A DNA stretch of 64,000 bases, from positions 558,001-622,000 of the forward strand of contig MU008186.1 in assembly GCA_010909165.1 (NCBI GenBank). The letters run 5' to 3'. Shown here piece after piece: positions 59,340-64,000 of the stretch (positions are counted from its first letter, which is position 1; the number at the start of each line of letters is the position of its first letter). Both the position numbers and the translations under genes were made by a program. Origin of the DNA: Anthoceros angustus (Eukaryota; Plantae; Anthocerotophyta). Below the pieces are notes generated by a model. The model saw only the letters and a program-made list of their open reading frames with translations, had not been told where the DNA came from and searched no databases.

Positions 59340-59880
59340 CTGGCCTGTGCCATGACGGCTGCCTGGCCTGTGCTATGGGGACCATCCCGCAGATGGCCAA
59401 AATCGGCAAGATGCCGCACCGGGTTACCATGGACCTGCAGTGGCCAAGACGGACGGGCCTGTAATGCTGCTCAAACTAGTATAGGCACCTCCAACTTGCT
59501 GTTCATCACCGACCCCAAGATTGCTGAAGACTGTTTCAAAGGTCCCTTGTTCGTCAACAGGCCCAACATTGCAGCCGGTACGTACTTAAGCTTCGGCAGC
59601 AACCTGCATTCCGGTAAAAGTCCTGCAGTAGTAGAGGAACCAATACATACTTGCTGAAAGGTAGTTAGGACGAGTCTGACAAAGGAGAGCTTTTGATTGC
59701 AGCTGTGGCACCGTATGGGGAGTACTAGAGACTTGTGTGTGATTGTCAGGATTAGATTTGCATTGAAACGTGATCGTTAAGTGTTATGTGCCTCATTACT
59801 TCGTGTGTACCAATAGCTCCTGCGCCAGCTGCTGTGGTCAAGCCCAGGTTGCCACACATTTGTATTGAATCCGTTGCAGC
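59340..59880 (+). pseudogene. Internally deleted paralog of the plus-strand P450
   Basis: Exon 1 (KMPHRVTM...LLFITDPKIAEDC.KG..FVNRP), intron 1 and the start of exon 2 (stop at tactag) are followed closely by gctgtggtcaagcccaggttgccaca...tgaatccgttgc, which matches the last codons and 3' UTR at 56995-57045. Confidence 0.88.
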
Positions 59881-60419
59881 TTGCACTGCTAGTGGTGGCG
59901 CTCATTCTGGCCACAAACCAAGGAGGCTCTCAAACTTCAAGCCTCGTGCCTCATGATGTTCACGCACCAGCCGTGTGTGGTCATCACGCAACCCTGCTAA
60001 TAGGAACTCTTTGGTACCTATTCTCGGCCACTTTTTAAGTGAAAGATGCTAGCGGTTTCCGATTTGAAGTTTTGTAGACCTAATTCAGGCACTATGAGGT
60101 AATGGTAGCTTGCTGTAATGGAAGGACACGAAAGGTGGGTACTTACTTGCACACCTGCCTGCAAAAGGCACGCAGAGGTCAGAGATATATAGCTTAGCTG
60201 GCCTCCCTTGCATTCTGGAACAAATCATGGCTCAGTTTTCCAACATGTCACAGACTCAAAAGTAGAGCTCGCCGTCCACTCTGCTTACTCCAGCAATCAA
60301 GCTACTTAGGTAGTCATGGCAAGCTGCGCATACAAACTGTCAGTTGAAGATAGAAGGTCTACGACTTAGGACGACAGACAGGACTGTAGGCGAACAGCTC
60401 TCTAAGACTTCAGATTGAT

Positions 60420-60600
60420 GGTACAAGGGCTTTGGCATCACAGCCAGGGTGCATTACTGCAACATTTTGAACATCATGGTTGATGCCCTGGGTTGGGCAG
60501 GCCTCCTCGAAGAAGGAGAAGGCGTGCTGGAAACCTTGCAAAACAAAACGCGCTTGGCCTCCTGCAAGCAGAAGTTCAAAATAAAGCATTCTAAACCATT
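60420..60600 (+). pseudogene. PPR S2/E-type fragment
   Basis: HYCNILNIMVDALGWAGLLEEGEGVLETL...LASCK resembles HYxCMVDLLGRAGxLEEA. Confidence 0.6.
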
Positions 60601-61481
60601 CCTGCAGGGCATGGCCACAAGCAGACTGTACAGGCCTCCCACAGGCCGCTGAAATCCACAGACCTAGCTGGCTTGGAGCAGGGCTGGCTTGACTACTCCA
60701 CACCTTTGATTGGTCTCTTCCCAACAGACCTGGGTCTTCAGGAGCAACTGACATGGCAGTCTGACCTTTGGGCGTGGCTTGAAGGTAGGGCAAAATCGGC
60801 ATGTCCGTTTCCTGCAGGCCGGATGCCGTCTCGGCAACTACTAAGGCAAGCTTCCTGTGAGCCTTGTTTCATAACGGCAGGCTGGCATTAGGGCCGGGCT
60901 ATGGGCCGGACTATCCTCCCGGAGCGTACCGTTTAGGATGGCAATAACCACATGACGTCAAACTGTGCGGACGTGAACCCTGTGTAACATCTGTCAGCTG
61001 CCTTGAAGGCGAGCCTCTGAAATCCTGAAATGGAAATCGTAACTTCCTGTTTGGTGTGTTGGGTGCAGCAATAAGCACAGCAAATCAGAAGTCGGGCAGT
61101 CTGGAAGATGTGTAGACAGGTCAGGGCACGCTTGACTTGCCAAGTTCTTTTCCAGAGTCATTCCATCGGTTGATCAGTCGGGTGCTGTAGTTGCTACTTG
61201 TTGTGAAAGTGCTTTCTTTCATGGGTTGATCCGATCGTTTTTCAATCCTGTGCTTTGAAGTGCTCCTTTTGTTTGGAGACAGGTTGGAATGGTGAGACCA
61301 CTCACCAGTCCTGTAAGGCGATGTCTGCGTTATGTGGCCTCGGTACGTGGGGGCCTGGAGGTGACTTGTGAGGCTTGAAAGAGGACGCAAGAAACGTGCA
61401 TTTCATCAGGAGCATCTTGCAGTGCTTGCACCATATTATTTAGGCCACTGTCCATCATGATTTCAACTGAAATGGAAAGAG

Positions 61482-63452
61482 CTAGTGGTATAAGTGGGGA
61501 GGCAGGCGGGGAGTAGCAACTGCCTGCAAAGGGACGGTCTTGGGCAGGGTTAATCCAAAGTTTTCCATCATGTCCATGTGTTCAGGTTTTTGGCCCTTAG
61601 GCAGTTGCCAATCAAAGCTATGCAGTAGCTGGGCCACAGCATAATACACATGGGTGAGGCCCAGTTGTATGCCAGGACAACCTCTCCTGCCAGCCCCAAA
61701 CGGGATGAACTCAAAATTCTGGCCAGTTATGTCAAACTCCTGCACACCATCACACGTTCAAGGCCACCACTCTTGTGAGACCAGTCCTACAGAGGATTAA
61801 ACAACTTGCTGGCAAAAGGTTGGTTATACATATACCTTCCCACGAATCTTTCTGGGTTGAACTCCGTGGGACTCTCCCATACGGATTCAGCCCGTGCGAT
61901 GCTCCAAACATTAACAAGCACGGTCATCCCAGCGGGGATGTCGTACCCCGCTACCTGACAAGAATCGATGGCTTGATGAGGGATGAGATGTGCAACTGTA
62001 GGATGTACACGCATACTTTCTTTGACGATGGCTTGAAGATAGGGTAGATTCGAAATGTCCGATTCCTGCAGCCTGCGGTCTCGCCCAACTGCTAAGTCAA
62101 GCTCCTTGTGAGCCCGTTTCATAACCTCAGGGTTGCGGATAACCTCTGCCATAGCCCACTCCATGGTTACTGCAGAGGTGTCCACTCCAGCACCGATCAA
62201 ATCCTGCAGCAGAGAAACAACATGATACAACATCCCCGAATTCGAAAGGTTCTGGAAGCACGAATGCCTGCTTACAACCACTGAGGTACATTCTTGAGTT
62301 GTTCAGGTATGTTGTGCATCAACTCACAAGTATTAGCCCTTTGATCACCATGTCGGAGTTGGGTACAGCTCTCTCCTCAGCCGGCAGCGAAAGCAGCACA
62401 TCCATGAAGTCCTGCTCTGCTTCTGCTTTCTCCTGCACCGCGTTCTGCTTTCTGTGCTCCTCCAGCTCCTTGTCCAGGAACTTGTCCAGTTTTGCGTGCA
62501 AGTTGGCAATTTCCTTCTTGCGCCACCCGTCCACAAATGCCAGGTACCGAGAGTGATCTCCGACCATCGGGAGTCCGTACAAGCGAAAGAGCTCATTTAG
62601 AGTTCGCCTGATTTCTGCACCCTCAGATTCAGAAGCCTACAAGACCACGATCAGCATTAACCCGAGGCGCGTCCAACAGCCAATCCAGAAACCATATCAC
62701 AGCCATGTAGTGAGGACATGTAATTACCCAAGCCTACCTGTCGATGACCCGGATCCTGGCCAATCTGTGAGCTTCCTTGGTTGAAGAAGCGTATCCCCAT
62801 GAGCTGTCTAGTCGTCAGATTCATGGTCAGAGCAGAGAGCTTCTCCTTCAAATCGACACCCACATCCCTGGCAGTGTCATCCAAAATGGAGCGAACCATA
62901 CCAGACATTTCCTGCTCCTGGCAGCTCCAAACTGCTGTATCCGCCTCTGAGTGAGGAGCTCAAGAGTAGCCACCTTCCTAAAATGGGTTCAGCACGGTTC
63001 AGCATTTGCTAAGGTCATTCCAGTCCTTCTGAGACGTGCAAGCAGAAAACAGACCTGAGGTATCTCCAGCGCGGCCCGTAAGGGCGCCGCCAATCGACCC
63101 TTCAACGAACCCCATTCCTCCACGGCTGTGAAGCGAGGTCGAGAAGCAAAATTCCGGTCCTGATTCTTGAGCACATCGCAGGCCAGGTCCGGGGACGAGA
63201 TGAGCAGCATCGACCTCCTGCCAGCCTGAGATGCAGAATTGGTCCGTACTGCTCTGCCAATCTATGCATCTCACGGTGAGGATGAGAAGAATCCAGAAAC
63301 AGCTGCAGGTGCCCAATCAGGGGCCAAGAGGGGGGTTCCGGTGGCGGATTCAATTTGGCCCTAGCCTTGGGCTTTTGCATCCATGGAACCAATACCAACA
63401 CTGCCGCAACGCCGGTCAGCAGCAGCAGCAGCAGCAGCGCGCTCAGCTCCAT
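61482..63452 (-). CDS. Cytochrome P450, CYP71 clan, near-complete, 2-3 single-base frameshifts in the 5' exons (pseudogene or assembly error)
   Basis: MELSALLLLLLL anchor, PPPEPPSWPLIGHL, FASRP, PYGPRWRYLR, I-helix DLIGAGVDTS, KESMR, NPERF and FGAGRRGCPG; frameshifts near 63222, 63080 and 62920. Confidence 0.88.
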
Positions 63453-64000
63453 TCTTCGCCACAAACTACCTTACACACTACCTTACACAAACTACCTTTC
63501 ACAGCCTTTACAGAAGCTCCTTGGGAATCTGAATCCTTTTTGCGTGCAGCAAACGCAGACTCTTGTTTGTCGTTCTGCCCTCTATCCCAGGAGAGGAGAC
63601 ATTTTTGGGGAGGCTCACAAGTGGACACTATAAATGCGACGTTCCTCCTGGGCCGATGCAAACACCATGCCCATACATAGCCAACATGTCCCCATCCGGG
63701 GACTGTGCGGCTGGATAGCGGGCCACAAGAATAAGAAGACGCCGACTATCGTCCAGTTGGGCGGAAGAACGTGGGCTCTCGTTGGAGAACACGCCACAAC
63801 ATGAGAAGAGCTATAAGATGAGAGTCTTGACTTTGGTACCAGAGCGACATAAAAAGGGACCTGGGTTTTCGTGCCGGCCGGATATGGTAGTGTATCTGTG
63901 CAATTTGTTCTTTCTTGCCTACCCATACCAGATTCCCACCAGGCTGTCAGTTTGACTGAGTACACAGTCTGTCAATCAGGCCAGGCGGCCTGTTTGCACC

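Noticed and set aside
1-64000. tRNA, rRNA or 5S (Cassandra-type) genes
   Set aside because: No cloverleaf, A/B-box or rRNA-like sequence was recognised by eye; tRNAscan-SE and Infernal would be needed to exclude them formally.

Overview
Eukaryotic nuclear DNA from a non-seed land plant (hornwort, fern or lycophyte-like; this is inferred from the PLS-class PPR style, short GT-AG introns and CYP71-clan P450s). The region is repeat-rich and heavily pseudogenised. Many single-base indels and exact jump-back duplications suggest either an under-polished long-read assembly or real template switching. In order, the window holds: a PLS-PPR pseudogene broken by a DGMDQ-motif (Sola/DUF7869-like) DNA transposon, with 1-7.2 kb duplicated at 23.3-31.2 kb; a frameshifted TORNADO1-like LRR-Roc-COR gene with tandem partial copies (9.1-16.7 kb); a PPR/OSB-like chimeric unit in three copies; a partial 5-oxoprolinase; a degenerate plus-strand gene with a ParB-like domain followed by a beta-class N6A/N4C DNA methyltransferase domain (32.6-39.7 kb), divergent from a transposon-related ORF; a gypsy gag and copia remnants; an ~800 bp G-rich tract; a full-length young copia element (182 bp LTRs, AGTTG target-site duplication) with an extra 5' ORF and an antisense TM plus coiled-coil ORF; a TTAGGG-containing minisatellite; and a duplicated convergent P450 pair. 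The main candidate novelty is the apparently transposon-borne ParB-methyltransferase gene. All protein family calls come from motif recognition by eye, not from database searches.
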